Source: Alphaproteobacteria bacterium
GTDB lineage: Bacteria > Pseudomonadota > Alphaproteobacteria > Micropepsales > Micropepsaceae
Assembly: GCA_017307355.1 (NCBI GenBank)
Contig: JAFKFG010000019.1
Coordinates: forward strand, 3,426 to 67,425
DNA length: 64,000 bases
Direction: 5' to 3'
The position numbers and the translations under genes were made by a program. How positions within the stretch are numbered: the first letter of the stretch is position 1; every line of letters begins with the position of its first letter. A model generated the notes under the pieces. The model worked only from the letters and a program-made list of their open reading frames with translations. It searched no databases and had not been told where the DNA came from. Positions 48,209 through 56,951 of the stretch are shown in pieces.

Positions 48209-49735
48209 CTACTTCCAGATCGGCTTGCCGCTGCCGGGAAGGCCTAGCTTGGACCATTTCTCCGTCACCGTGCGGATGACATCTTCATCCATCGCGATCT
48301 TCTTGCCCCATTCGCGCTTAGTTTCGGGGGGCAGCTTGTTGGTGGCGTCCAGGCCGATCTTGGAGCCCAGGCCGGACTCCGGCGAAGCGAAATCCAGGTA
48401 GTCGATCGGGGTATGTTCGATCACGGTGATGTCGCGGGCCGGGTCCATGCGGGTGGAGATCGCCCACATCACATCCTTCCAGTCGCGGGCATTGATGTCG
48501 TCGTCCACCACGATCACCCATTTGGTGTACATGAACTGGCGCAAATACGACCACACCGCCATCATCACCCGCTTGGCATGGCCGGGGAACGCCTTCTTCA
48601 TGCTGACCACGGCGATGCGATAGGAGCAGCCTTCGGGCGGCAACCAGAAATCCACAATCTCCGGGAACTGCTGGCGGATGAGAGGCACGAAGACTTCGTT
48701 CAACGCTTCGCCCAGGATCGACGGCTCGTCCGGCGGCCGCGACGTATAGGTGGAGAGGTAGATCGGATTCTTCCGCATGGTGATCGCGGTGACCGTGAAA
48801 ACCGGGAATTGCTCCACCGAATTGTAATAGCCGGTGTGATCGCCATAGGGGCCTTCGTCGCGGTAATCGGCGAGCGAGGCTTCGCCTTCGATCACGATCT
48901 CGGCTTCGGCCGGGACTTTCAGCGGCTGGGAAACGCAATCGGCCAAGACCATCGCCTGGCCTCGCAGCAGCCCCGCGAACTGATATTCCGACAGAGTTTC
49001 CGGCACCGGCGTCACTGCCGCCAGGATGATGCCGGGATCGGCACCCAGCACCACGGCGGCGGGCAGGGGCGCGGTTTTCTCTTTCGCCCAGCGTTGATGA
49101 TGCTGCGCCCCGCCGCGGTGCTTCAGCCAGCGCATGATGGTCTGGCTCTTGTTCAAGACCTGCATGCGGTAGATGCCGAGATTGTAATTGTCTTCGCGCG
49201 CGTCGCCGGGGCCTTTGGTCACCACCAACGGCCAGGTGATGAGGGGCGCGGGCTCGCCCGGCCAGCAGGTCTGCACCGGCAGCTTGGCGAGGTCGATGTC
49301 CTCGCCGCGCCAGACGATCTCCTGGCAGGGCGGGCGCGACACCGTTTTGGGCTTCATCGACAGCAGGGTCTTGACCAGCGGCAGCAGCGATGCGGCTTCG
49401 CGCATGGATCGCGGCGGCTCGGGCTGGCGCAACTGTGCCAGAAGTTCGCCCACCTCGCGCAAGTCCAAGGCGCCGGTACGCTCCTTGCCGCCCATGGTCA
49501 CGCCCATCGCCACGCGCTTGACGGTGCCGAACAGATTGACCAGCACGGGCATGTCCGATGGCGTGCCGTCGGCCTTGATGGGATTTTCGAAGATCACGGC
49601 CGGGCCGCCTTCGGCGATCAGGCGGGTCTGGATCTCGGTCATTTCCAGCACGGTGGAGACAGGCTCCTTCACCCGCACCAACTCGCCCGCTTCTTCAAGC
49701 CGGGCGAGGAAATCCCGCAGGGACCGGTAGGCCAT
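48209..49735 (-). CDS. ubiD: UbiD-family decarboxylase (4-hydroxy-3-polyprenylbenzoate decarboxylase)
   Basis: 508 aa. [28 protein letters not shown]-terminus and blocks NLGIYRMQV and [12 protein letters not shown]. Confidence 0.9.
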   Translation of the reverse strand: MAYRSLRDFLARLEEAGELVRVKEPVSTVLEMTEIQTRLIAEGGPAVIFENPIKADGTPSDMPVLVNLFGTVKRVAMGVTMGGKERTGALDLREVGELLAQLRQPEPPRSMREAASLLPLVKTLLSMKPKTVSRPPCQEIVWRGEDIDLAKLPVQTCWPGEPAPLITWPLVVTKGPGDAREDNYNLGIYRMQVLNKSQTIMRWLKHRGGAQHHQRWAKEKTAPLPAAVVLGADPGIILAAVTPVPETLSEYQFAGLLRGQAMVLADCVSQPLKVPAEAEIVIEGEASLADYRDEGPYGDHTGYYNSVEQFPVFTVTAITMRKNPIYLSTYTSRPPDEPSILGEALNEVFVPLIRQQFPEIVDFWLPPEGCSYRIAVVSMKKAFPGHAKRVMMAVWSYLRQFMYTKWVIVVDDDINARDWKDVMWAISTRMDPARDITVIEHTPIDYLDFASPESGLGSKIGLDATNKLPPETKREWGKKIAMDEDVIRTVTEKWSKLGLPGSGKPIWK

Positions 49736-49740
49736 GGCAC

Positions 49741-51192
49741 TCAGCTTTCGTCAGACACGGACCATTTCGATGGCGCTGCATGCCGGATGCCGTAGACGAA
49801 GTAAATAAGAAGCCCGAGCGCCGTCCAGACCAGAAGCCGGACCCAGGTTCCCAAAGACAGGCTGAACATCATGGTCCCGCAAACCAGAATACCCGCGGGC
49901 GCCACGAACCAGACGAAGGGGGTGCGGAATTTGCGCGGGCGCTTTGGCGCGGTGATGCGCAGGATCATGATCCCGACGCAGACTGCGATGAAGGCGCACA
50001 GAGTGCCGATCGAAACCAGATCGGCCAGGATGTCGAGCGGGAAAATGGCGGCGATGGCCGCGCCCACCACGCCCACGATGATGGTGCAGACATGGGGCGT
50101 GCGGAATTTGGGATGCACCGAGGCGAAGGCGGGCGGCAGAAACCCGTCCCGTGCCATGCCGTAAAAGACCCGGCTCTGTCCGTACATCGAGCCGAACGCC
50201 ACCGAAATCAGGCCGGCGATGGCCGCGATATTGACGGGGAAGACCAACCATTTGAGGTTCGGGTCGCGAGCCAGCGCGAAGGACACCGGATCGGGCACGT
50301 CCAGCAGATGATAATCGGTGATGCCCAAGAGTACCGCCGACATCAGCACATAGAGCAAGGTGCAGACGCCCAAGGCCGCCAGGATGGAGATGGAAACGTC
50401 GCGCTCCGGATTTTTGGTTTCCTGGGCGCCCACCGAAACCGTCTCGAAGCCGACATAAGCAAAGAAGATGGTGGCGGACGCCGCCAGCACGCCGGAAATG
50501 CCGAAATGGCCTCGAACGCCGGTATTCTCCGGAATGAAGGGATGAAAATTGGCTTCGTGGATGTGCGGCAGCCCGAACAGGATCACCAGGGCGATGATGC
50601 CCACTTTCACCGCCACCATCACGGCGTTGAATCGGGCGGACTCGGTGATGCCCACCACCAGGATCCAGGTGATCAAAAGCATCATGATCGCGGCGGGAAG
50701 ATTCATCACCGCGCCGGTGAAATGCAGGTCGGTGATGCCGGTGCCCGCGATGGGGGCATTGGCCCAGCCGGGCGGATAGTCGATCCCAAGTTGGTTCAGC
50801 AGATTGAGGAAATAGCCGGACCAGCCCGCCGCCACGGTCGAAGCGGACATGCCGAACTCCAGCACCATGTTCCAGCCGATGAACCAGGCCATGAAGCGGC
50901 CCATGGTGGCATAGGTGTAGGTATAGGCGCTGCCCGCTTGTGGGATCATCGCCGCCAGCTCCGCATAGCAGAGCGCCGCGAAGAAACAGCCGGTCGCGGC
51001 GATCACGAAGGACAGCAGCACCGCCGGACCCGCATGCTCGGCCGCGACATTGCCCGCGATCACGAAGATGCCGGCGCCGATCGTGGCGCCGATTCCGATC
51101 AGGGTCAGGTGCAGCGGGCCGAGTGCACGGTGGAGCTGGACTTCCTCGGCCAGGACCGGATCGGAAACCAGATTGGCCGAGGAGTCGCTCAT
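49741..51192 (-). CDS. APC-superfamily amino acid permease (CAT/YfnA-like), copy 2
   Basis: 483 aa, about 12-14 TM segments. Motifs [28 protein letters not shown] and HPKFRTP. Paralogue of the upstream gene. Confidence 0.9.
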   Translation of the reverse strand: MSDSSANLVSDPVLAEEVQLHRALGPLHLTLIGIGATIGAGIFVIAGNVAAEHAGPAVLLSFVIAATGCFFAALCYAELAAMIPQAGSAYTYTYATMGRFMAWFIGWNMVLEFGMSASTVAAGWSGYFLNLLNQLGIDYPPGWANAPIAGTGITDLHFTGAVMNLPAAIMMLLITWILVVGITESARFNAVMVAVKVGIIALVILFGLPHIHEANFHPFIPENTGVRGHFGISGVLAASATIFFAYVGFETVSVGAQETKNPERDVSISILAALGVCTLLYVLMSAVLLGITDYHLLDVPDPVSFALARDPNLKWLVFPVNIAAIAGLISVAFGSMYGQSRVFYGMARDGFLPPAFASVHPKFRTPHVCTIIVGVVGAAIAAIFPLDILADLVSIGTLCAFIAVCVGIMILRITAPKRPRKFRTPFVWFVAPAGILVCGTMMFSLSLGTWVRLLVWTALGLLIYFVYGIRHAAPSKWSVSDES

Positions 51193-51195
51193 GGC

Positions 51196-52635
51196 TCAGC
51201 CTCGCGTTTCCGTCTTCACCGCGTAGGGGCTGGGTTTGGCGTGTTTGGATGAATAGAGGAAATAGATCACCACGCCGATCACCGTCCAGGCGACAAGCCG
51301 GAGGAACGTGTCGAATGGCAGGAAGGAGATCATGAACAGGCACATAATGATGCCCAGCGGCGCGGTGACCCAGACGAACGGCGTCTTGAACGGCCGCTTG
51401 GCGTTGGGCGCGCGCACGCGAAGCACCATCACGCCGACACAGACGATGGCGAACGCCAGCAGGGTACCGATGGAAACCAGCTGGCCCAGAATGTCCAGCG
51501 GCAGGAAGCCCGCCAGCAACGCCGAGAAGATGCCCACGATGATGGAGCTCTTCGCCGGGGTGCGGAATTTGGGGTGCACTTCATGGAAGATGGCGGGGAT
51601 CATCCCGTCGCGGCCCATGGCGTAGAAGATGCGCGACTGGGCCAGAAGCAGCACCAGCACCACCGATGCCAAGCCGACCACCGCGCCGATATTCACATAT
51701 TGCGTGAGCCAGCGCGTGGCGGGCAGGGCTTCCACCGCCTGGCTCACCGGATGGGCCACGTTCAAGGTGGTATAGTTGGCGATGCCGGTCAGCACATAGG
51801 ACATGACCATGTAGAGGGCGGTGCAGATCGCCAGCGATCCCAACATGCCCAGCGGAATGTCGCGCTGAGGGTTCTTGGCCTCCTGCGCCGCAACGGAAAC
51901 CGCGTCGAAGCCGATGTAAGAGAAGAAGAGGACCCCGGTGGCGCGGAATACGCCGGTCCAGCCGAAATGGCCGACTTCGCCCGTGTTGGGCGGCACGAAC
52001 GGCACATGGTTTTCCGGAACGATGTAGGAATAGCAGGCGAAGATCACCACCAGCACGATGGTGAGCTTGATCGCCACCATGGCGTTGTTGAAATTCGCCG
52101 AAGTGGTCACGCCGATCACCAGCACGCCGGTGATGAAGGCGACCAGCAACACAGCCGGAAGATTGATCAGCGAGCCGGTGGCGACGAAATGGTTGAAGCC
52201 TTGCATCGCGATGGGCGCGCCATTGAACATGGCGGGGATCGGCATGCCCAGATGCAGCATGAAATCGTTGAAATAGCCCGACCAGCCCACTGCCACGGTG
52301 GAGGAGGCGGCCAGATATTCCAGCACTAGGTTCCAGCCGATGAACCAGCCCAGGAACTTGCCCAAGGTGGCATAGGTGTAGGTGTAAGCACTGCCCGCGA
52401 CCGGGATCATGCTGGCGAATTCGGAATAGCAAAGCCCGGCGAACAGACAGCCCAAGCCCGCGATGGCGAAGGAGAAGACCACGCCCGGCCCCGCGAAGGT
52501 GGCGGCGGCCTGGCCAGTGAGGACGAAGATACCGGCGCCGATGATACAGCCGATGCCCAGCGAGATCAGGTGAATCGGTCCGAGCGAGCGCTTCAGATCG
52601 CCTTCATCGTTGGGATTTTCCGGTATATCCGTCAT
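51196..52635 (-). CDS. APC-superfamily amino acid permease (CAT/YfnA-like), copy 1
   Basis: 479 aa. Motifs [28 protein letters not shown] and HPKFRTP. A 3-nt gap separates it from the downstream paralogue. Confidence 0.9.
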   Translation of the reverse strand: MTDIPENPNDEGDLKRSLGPIHLISLGIGCIIGAGIFVLTGQAAATFAGPGVVFSFAIAGLGCLFAGLCYSEFASMIPVAGSAYTYTYATLGKFLGWFIGWNLVLEYLAASSTVAVGWSGYFNDFMLHLGMPIPAMFNGAPIAMQGFNHFVATGSLINLPAVLLVAFITGVLVIGVTTSANFNNAMVAIKLTIVLVVIFACYSYIVPENHVPFVPPNTGEVGHFGWTGVFRATGVLFFSYIGFDAVSVAAQEAKNPQRDIPLGMLGSLAICTALYMVMSYVLTGIANYTTLNVAHPVSQAVEALPATRWLTQYVNIGAVVGLASVVLVLLLAQSRIFYAMGRDGMIPAIFHEVHPKFRTPAKSSIIVGIFSALLAGFLPLDILGQLVSIGTLLAFAIVCVGVMVLRVRAPNAKRPFKTPFVWVTAPLGIIMCLFMISFLPFDTFLRLVAWTVIGVVIYFLYSSKHAKPSPYAVKTETRG

Positions 52636-52685
52636 GCAGTTCCCCCTGTTGACGGGGGGACTGTGACAGAGCCGCGCGGCTTCGC

Positions 52686-53327
52686 CTAGTCCCAGTCCCG
52701 CTCCAGACGCCAGACTCCTGTTTGGCGAATCTCCCGGTCCTCTAATTCGCGCGTGGTGGGGACATTATAAGTGGCGAGCTGCACAAGTCCGGTCTTGGGG
52801 AAATATGTGCGGCCCGGATCGCCCAACAGAACATCGGTCTCGGCGTTTTTCAGCCACGCCATCAGCCTTTCCGCCAACGGCCGCTCGTAACACATGTCGC
52901 CCACCACGATCAGATCGAATCGATCACTTGTGCCGATGACATTCTCCGCCACGGCATGGACCATGACATTGTTCGCATCCGCATTGCGGGTGATTGCGGC
53001 GATTGCGAAGGGATCGATGTCGGCGGCGGTGACGTGCGTGGCGCCCGCCTTGGCCGCCGCGATCGCCACCAGCCCGGATCCCGATCCGAAGTCCAGCACG
53101 CGCTTGTTCGCGGCGATGGTGGGATTGTCCAAGAGATAGCGCGCCAGTGCCTGACCGCCCGCCCAGGCAAAGGCCCAATAGGGCGGCGGCACGCCGATCT
53201 CGGCAAGTTCTTCTTCCGTCTTGCGCCAGAGCGGAATCACTTCGCTGGCCAGATGCAATCGGATCTCCGGCACCAGGGGCGGCTCCAGAAGCTGGCTGTT
53301 GTCGCGGACGAAATGGTCGGGGTTCAT
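52686..53327 (-). CDS. Class I SAM-dependent protein-lysine methyltransferase, METTL20/ETFB-KMT-like
   Basis: PPYWAFAWAGGQALARYLLDNP followed by SAM motif I (VLDFGSGSGLVAIAAAKAGA) and DIDP. This resembles my recollection of human METTL20 and its alphaproteobacterial homologues. Confidence 0.7.
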   Translation of the reverse strand: MNPDHFVRDNSQLLEPPLVPEIRLHLASEVIPLWRKTEEELAEIGVPPPYWAFAWAGGQALARYLLDNPTIAANKRVLDFGSGSGLVAIAAAKAGATHVTAADIDPFAIAAITRNADANNVMVHAVAENVIGTSDRFDLIVVGDMCYERPLAERLMAWLKNAETDVLLGDPGRTYFPKTGLVQLATYNVPTTRELEDREIRQTGVWRLERDWD

Positions 53328-53334
53328 CCGAACT

Positions 53335-54282
53335 TCATCCGAACAGGGGCACCAGCCATGTCGCGGCGGCGAAGCTCAGCGCCATCAATCCGCCGGTGGC
53401 GCTGTTGGCGCGAAACAGCATCAGGCAGTTGGCCGCGTCATCGACCTTGAGCTTGCGCACCTGCCAGATCATATGGGCGCCCGCGGCCGCCATGATGAAG
53501 GCAAAGGGCCAGCCGGCATGTTCGGAAAAGCCCGCCGCCAGCACCAGGGTGAAGCAGACGGCATAGAAGCGAAGGATCCATTTGCCACTGTCTTCGCTCA
53601 GAAGCCGGGCGGTGGATTTGACCCCGATCAGCGCGTCGTCTTCCTTGTCCTGATGGGCATAGATGGTGTCATAGCCGAGGGTCCAGAAGAACAGCCCAGC
53701 ATAGAGAAGCAGATCCGGCAGATCGATATGGCCGGTCTGCGCCGCAAAACCCAGCAGCGCGCCCCAGTTGAAGGTGAGGCCCAGCCAGGCCTGGGGCCAC
53801 CAGGTGATCCGCTTCATGAAAGGATAAGCCGCCACCAGCAACAGCGATGCGGCGCCCAGAATCACGGCGAGGCGGTTGAACTGCAGCAGGATCGTCAGGC
53901 CCACCAGCGCCAGCAGCCCCATGAAAATCGCCGCCGCGGTGACGCTGACGGCGCCGGATGGAATGGGCCGGCCGCGGGTGCGGGCCACCTGGGCGTCGAT
54001 CTTGCGGTCCACGATATCGTTGAAGGTGCAGCCCGCGCCCCGCATCACCACGGTGCCGATCCCGAACAGCACCACATAATAAAGATCGCGCCAGTCGGTG
54101 AAGGATCGTTCTTCCGCCATCGCGCCCAGCGCCAGTCCGCAGACGCAAGGCCAGAACAGCAGCCAGGACCCGATCGGCCGGTCCATCCGCATCAGCTGCA
54201 GATAGGGACGAAAGGCGCGCGGCGCCGTTTCCACCCAATTGCGGGGGACCGCGTCGGCGGGGGCTTGCGAGGAAAGGCTCAT
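53335..54282 (-). CDS. ubiA: 4-hydroxybenzoate polyprenyltransferase
   Basis: Motifs RMDRPIGSWLLFWP and NDIVDRKIDAQVARTRGRPIPSG (NDxxDxxxD prenyl-diphosphate motif). Polytopic membrane protein. Confidence 0.9.
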   Translation of the reverse strand: MSLSSQAPADAVPRNWVETAPRAFRPYLQLMRMDRPIGSWLLFWPCVCGLALGAMAEERSFTDWRDLYYVVLFGIGTVVMRGAGCTFNDIVDRKIDAQVARTRGRPIPSGAVSVTAAAIFMGLLALVGLTILLQFNRLAVILGAASLLLVAAYPFMKRITWWPQAWLGLTFNWGALLGFAAQTGHIDLPDLLLYAGLFFWTLGYDTIYAHQDKEDDALIGVKSTARLLSEDSGKWILRFYAVCFTLVLAAGFSEHAGWPFAFIMAAAGAHMIWQVRKLKVDDAANCLMLFRANSATGGLMALSFAAATWLVPLFG

Positions 54283-54299
54283 GCGGGCTCAAGTGTGGC

Positions 54300-55049
54300 A
54301 TGGCTTCGGATTTGAAAGAAGCGGGCGGATTGACCCGGCTTTTCGTGACGGCGGCGCTGGAACCCGGCGCGGCGGTGATATTGGACGAGGGGCAGACGCA
54401 TTATCTGCTGCATGTCTTGCGGGCGGGGGCGGGGGATCGCGTGCTGTTGTTCAATGGCCGCGACGGCGAGTGGCAAGCGCAGATCGCCACGGCGGGCAAG
54501 CGCGGCGTCGCGTTGACGATCGCGGCGCGCACCGCGCCGCAAGCAAATGTCCCCGACCTGTGGCTGGTCTTCGCGCCGGTGAAGAAGACGCCATCGGACT
54601 ATCTGGCTCAGAAAGCCACGGAACTGGGTGTCGCCAAGCTACAGCCGGTCTTCACCCGGCGCACCATCGTCACCCGCATCAATGACGAACGGCTGAAAGC
54701 CAATGCGGTGGAAGCCGCGGAGCAATCCGGCCGCCTGACGGTGCCTGAGATCGGTGCGGTGATGGCGCTGGACAAGCTGATCGCGGCCTGGCCGCAGGAT
54801 CGCCCACTCTATTTTTGCGACGAAGGGGGCGACGTCTTGCCTCTGGCCGAAGCGGCGCGCGGCGCCAGCGCGGACAAGGCGGCCATCCTCACCGGTCCGG
54901 AAGGCGGTTTCGATCCTGTGGAGCGTGACATGCTGCGCGCGCAGCCTTTCGTGACGCCCGTCGGTCTGGGTCCGCGCATTCTGCGCGCCGACACGGCGGC
55001 GCTGGCGGCGGTGACGCTCTGGCAATCGGTCAAAGGTGATTGGCGTTAG
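54300..55049 (+). CDS. rsmE: 16S rRNA (uracil1498-N3)-methyltransferase
   Basis: TRLFVTAAL...HYLLHVLR N-terminal PUA-like part and a C-terminal SPOUT block (ILTGPEGGF...LGPRILRADTAA). Confidence 0.9.
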   Translation: MASDLKEAGGLTRLFVTAALEPGAAVILDEGQTHYLLHVLRAGAGDRVLLFNGRDGEWQAQIATAGKRGVALTIAARTAPQANVPDLWLVFAPVKKTPSDYLAQKATELGVAKLQPVFTRRTIVTRINDERLKANAVEAAEQSGRLTVPEIGAVMALDKLIAAWPQDRPLYFCDEGGDVLPLAEAARGASADKAAILTGPEGGFDPVERDMLRAQPFVTPVGLGPRILRADTAALAAVTLWQSVKGDWR

Positions 55050-55053
55050 CCCA

Positions 55054-55449
55054 TCAGGTGAAGCGCAACTGCCAGCTAATGCCAAATTTGTCGTTGATCC
55101 AGCCGTAACGCCTGGCGAAGGGATAGGCATCGAGCCCCATCAGAACCTGGCCGCCGTCCGACAAGGCGGCGAACAGCCGGTCCACCTCTTCGGCGCTTTC
55201 GCACACCACCGCGAAGGAGATGGCGGGCGTGAAGGTGAAGGCATGCCGCACCGGGCTGTCGAAGAATTCCAGTTTCCGGCCCAGAAGATTGAGGGTGGCC
55301 AGCTTGACCGAACCTTCCACGCCCGGACCCGGTTTGTCGAAATGCTCGATGCCCTCGATCCGCGAGCCGGGAAACAGCGAGATGTAAAAATTCATCGCCT
55401 GCTCAGCCCCGCTGGGGAACATCAGGAATGGATTGATTTCCCGCGCCAT
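55054..55449 (-). CDS. VOC-superfamily protein (PhnB / 3-demethylubiquinone methyltransferase-like fold)
   Basis: ATG 55449 (MAREINPFLMFPSGAEQAMNFYISLF...) and C-terminal GWINDKFGISWQL. The listed ORF extension to 55584 is discarded. Confidence 0.8.
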   Translation of the reverse strand: MAREINPFLMFPSGAEQAMNFYISLFPGSRIEGIEHFDKPGPGVEGSVKLATLNLLGRKLEFFDSPVRHAFTFTPAISFAVVCESAEEVDRLFAALSDGGQVLMGLDAYPFARRYGWINDKFGISWQLRFT

Positions 55450-55450
55450 G

Positions 55451-55990
55451 TCAGTCGTACCGCTTTTCATAAGCGTGTTCGGTTTCTTTCCAGACCTCCC
55501 AGAAAGGCGGCGGCACTTTTCCTTCCGCCTTGTATTGCAGGATCGACAGATGCGCGTGCCAGCCGCCGGAGACATTGACCGCATAGGCGCGATCGGGGAC
55601 CTTGCGATGGGTGAGGGTGAGGCGGACCTTGTCGCCCTCCGGCGTTAGCGTGAATTCCACTTCGGAGGCCGGCGGATGCTGGCTTCCGAAGGTGTAAGCC
55701 AGGCGGTGCATCGGCTCCAGCGCCAGAAGCTTTTCGGTGGCGCGATGGCCGGTGGCGTCCATCTCTTTGAACTGTTCCGGCGGCGGCGATTTGTTCGGCG
55801 AGAGATCGCTGTGCTTGATGTACATCTCAAAATTCTCGCCGACTTTTGCCGGCAGATCGCCGGAGGCGAACCATTCGCCGCGTTTCTTTCCGTCGGTGAG
55901 ATAGGCCCAGATATTTTCCAGGGGACCGGGCAGAAGCCGCTCGAAACGGACGGTGTGCGCGTCAACGCGTTTGCCGAATTCCTCCATCAC
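55451..55990 (-). CDS. SRPBCC-superfamily protein (AHSA1/START-like), copy 2
   Basis: VRFERLLPGPLENIWAYLTDGKKRGEWFA is a typical AHSA1-like N-terminus. Paralogue of the upstream gene. Confidence 0.8.
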   Translation of the reverse strand: MMEEFGKRVDAHTVRFERLLPGPLENIWAYLTDGKKRGEWFASGDLPAKVGENFEMYIKHSDLSPNKSPPPEQFKEMDATGHRATEKLLALEPMHRLAYTFGSQHPPASEVEFTLTPEGDKVRLTLTHRKVPDRAYAVNVSGGWHAHLSILQYKAEGKVPPPFWEVWKETEHAYEKRYD

Positions 55991-55991
55991 A

Positions 55992-56486
55992 TCACCTTTT
56001 CAGATTGTTGAGATCCACCCCGTACAGGGCGGCGTTTTTCTGCATATAGATATCGCGCGGGCCGACCGTCCGGCCGCGAAGACCTGTTTCCAGCATGTCG
56101 AGATAAGTCTGCCATCCCATCAGGGTCTGGGGCTGCACGGCCTTGAAGATGGGCCGGTGCGTCAGGGTCAGCTTGGTGTTCTGTCCGTCGGGCGCCAACG
56201 CGAATTCCAGATAGGAAACCGGCCAGGCCGACACGCTCTCGCCGGGCGAGAACACATTCCAGGTATGGGCGAAGAACGTGCCCGGCCGCCATCCGGTCAC
56301 CACGCCCCGGATATGGCCGCCCATGAATGTCACTTTGCCGCCTTCGTGCGGCTCCACCACGCCGTCGCCATACCATTCGGCGAGGCGCGAAGGCTCGGTG
56401 AGGAAAGCCCAGCATTTTTCCGCAGAGGCAGGAAGGATGCGTTCGAACACAACCGCTTCTTCCCCGACGACATGGCCTTTGTTCAT
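55992..56486 (-). CDS. SRPBCC-superfamily protein (AHSA1/START-like), copy 1
   Basis: VVFERILPASAEKCWAFLTEPSRLAEWYG motif. Overlaps the arsR-family stop by 4 nt. Confidence 0.8.
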   Translation of the reverse strand: MNKGHVVGEEAVVFERILPASAEKCWAFLTEPSRLAEWYGDGVVEPHEGGKVTFMGGHIRGVVTGWRPGTFFAHTWNVFSPGESVSAWPVSYLEFALAPDGQNTKLTLTHRPIFKAVQPQTLMGWQTYLDMLETGLRGRTVGPRDIYMQKNAALYGVDLNNLKR

Positions 56487-56794
56487 CGCATGTCCTTTCT
56501 CAGCGCCTGTTCCAGCGCGTCCAGGCGCGGCGTCCAGAAGGCGCGAATGCGCGCCACCCAGTCCGACAATTCCGCCACGCCTTCCGGATCGAGTTCATAG
56601 ATCCGCTTCTGTGCCTCGGCCCGGACCTTCACCAACTTGGCCTCGCGCAAGGTCTTCAGATGCTGGGAGATGGCGGGCGGCGACAATGCGAATTGCCCGG
56701 CGATATCTCCGGCGCACAGCGCGCCGCCGGCCAGCATCTCGACAATGCGCTGGCGGGTGGGATCGGCGAGAGCGGAAAAATGAGCGGTGGTCAT
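56483..56794 (-). CDS. ArsR/SmtB-family transcriptional regulator
   Basis: LADPTRQRIVEMLAGGALCAGDIAGQFALSPPAISQHLKTLREAKLV is a winged-HTH ArsR signature. There is a single Cys where arsenite-sensing ArsR has CVC. Confidence 0.9.
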   Translation of the reverse strand: MTTAHFSALADPTRQRIVEMLAGGALCAGDIAGQFALSPPAISQHLKTLREAKLVKVRAEAQKRIYELDPEGVAELSDWVARIRAFWTPRLDALEQALRKDMR

Positions 56795-56809
56795 AGTGTT
56801 ATTATTTCA

Positions 56810-56833
56810 TGATTTACTTAATTAAGTCAATTA
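56810..56833. promoter_or_regulatory. Candidate ArsR-family operator: imperfect 24-bp palindrome around a perfect 12-bp core
   Basis: ACTTAATTAAGT (56816-56827) is a perfect palindrome. The flanks extend it to TGATTTACTTAATTAAGTCAATTA, with 20 of 24 positions symmetric. It lies 16-39 nt upstream of the arsR-family start in a strikingly AT-rich patch. Confidence 0.45.
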
Positions 56834-56951
56834 CGAATTACTATCCACAAGCCTGCCTTGTGTTGACGCCGTCCGATGCCTAAGTGTGGGACACTTGCTG
56901 GGGTCAATTCACACAATTCGGACAGGGTCTTAGGCCCGCCAGAGGAAGCGC

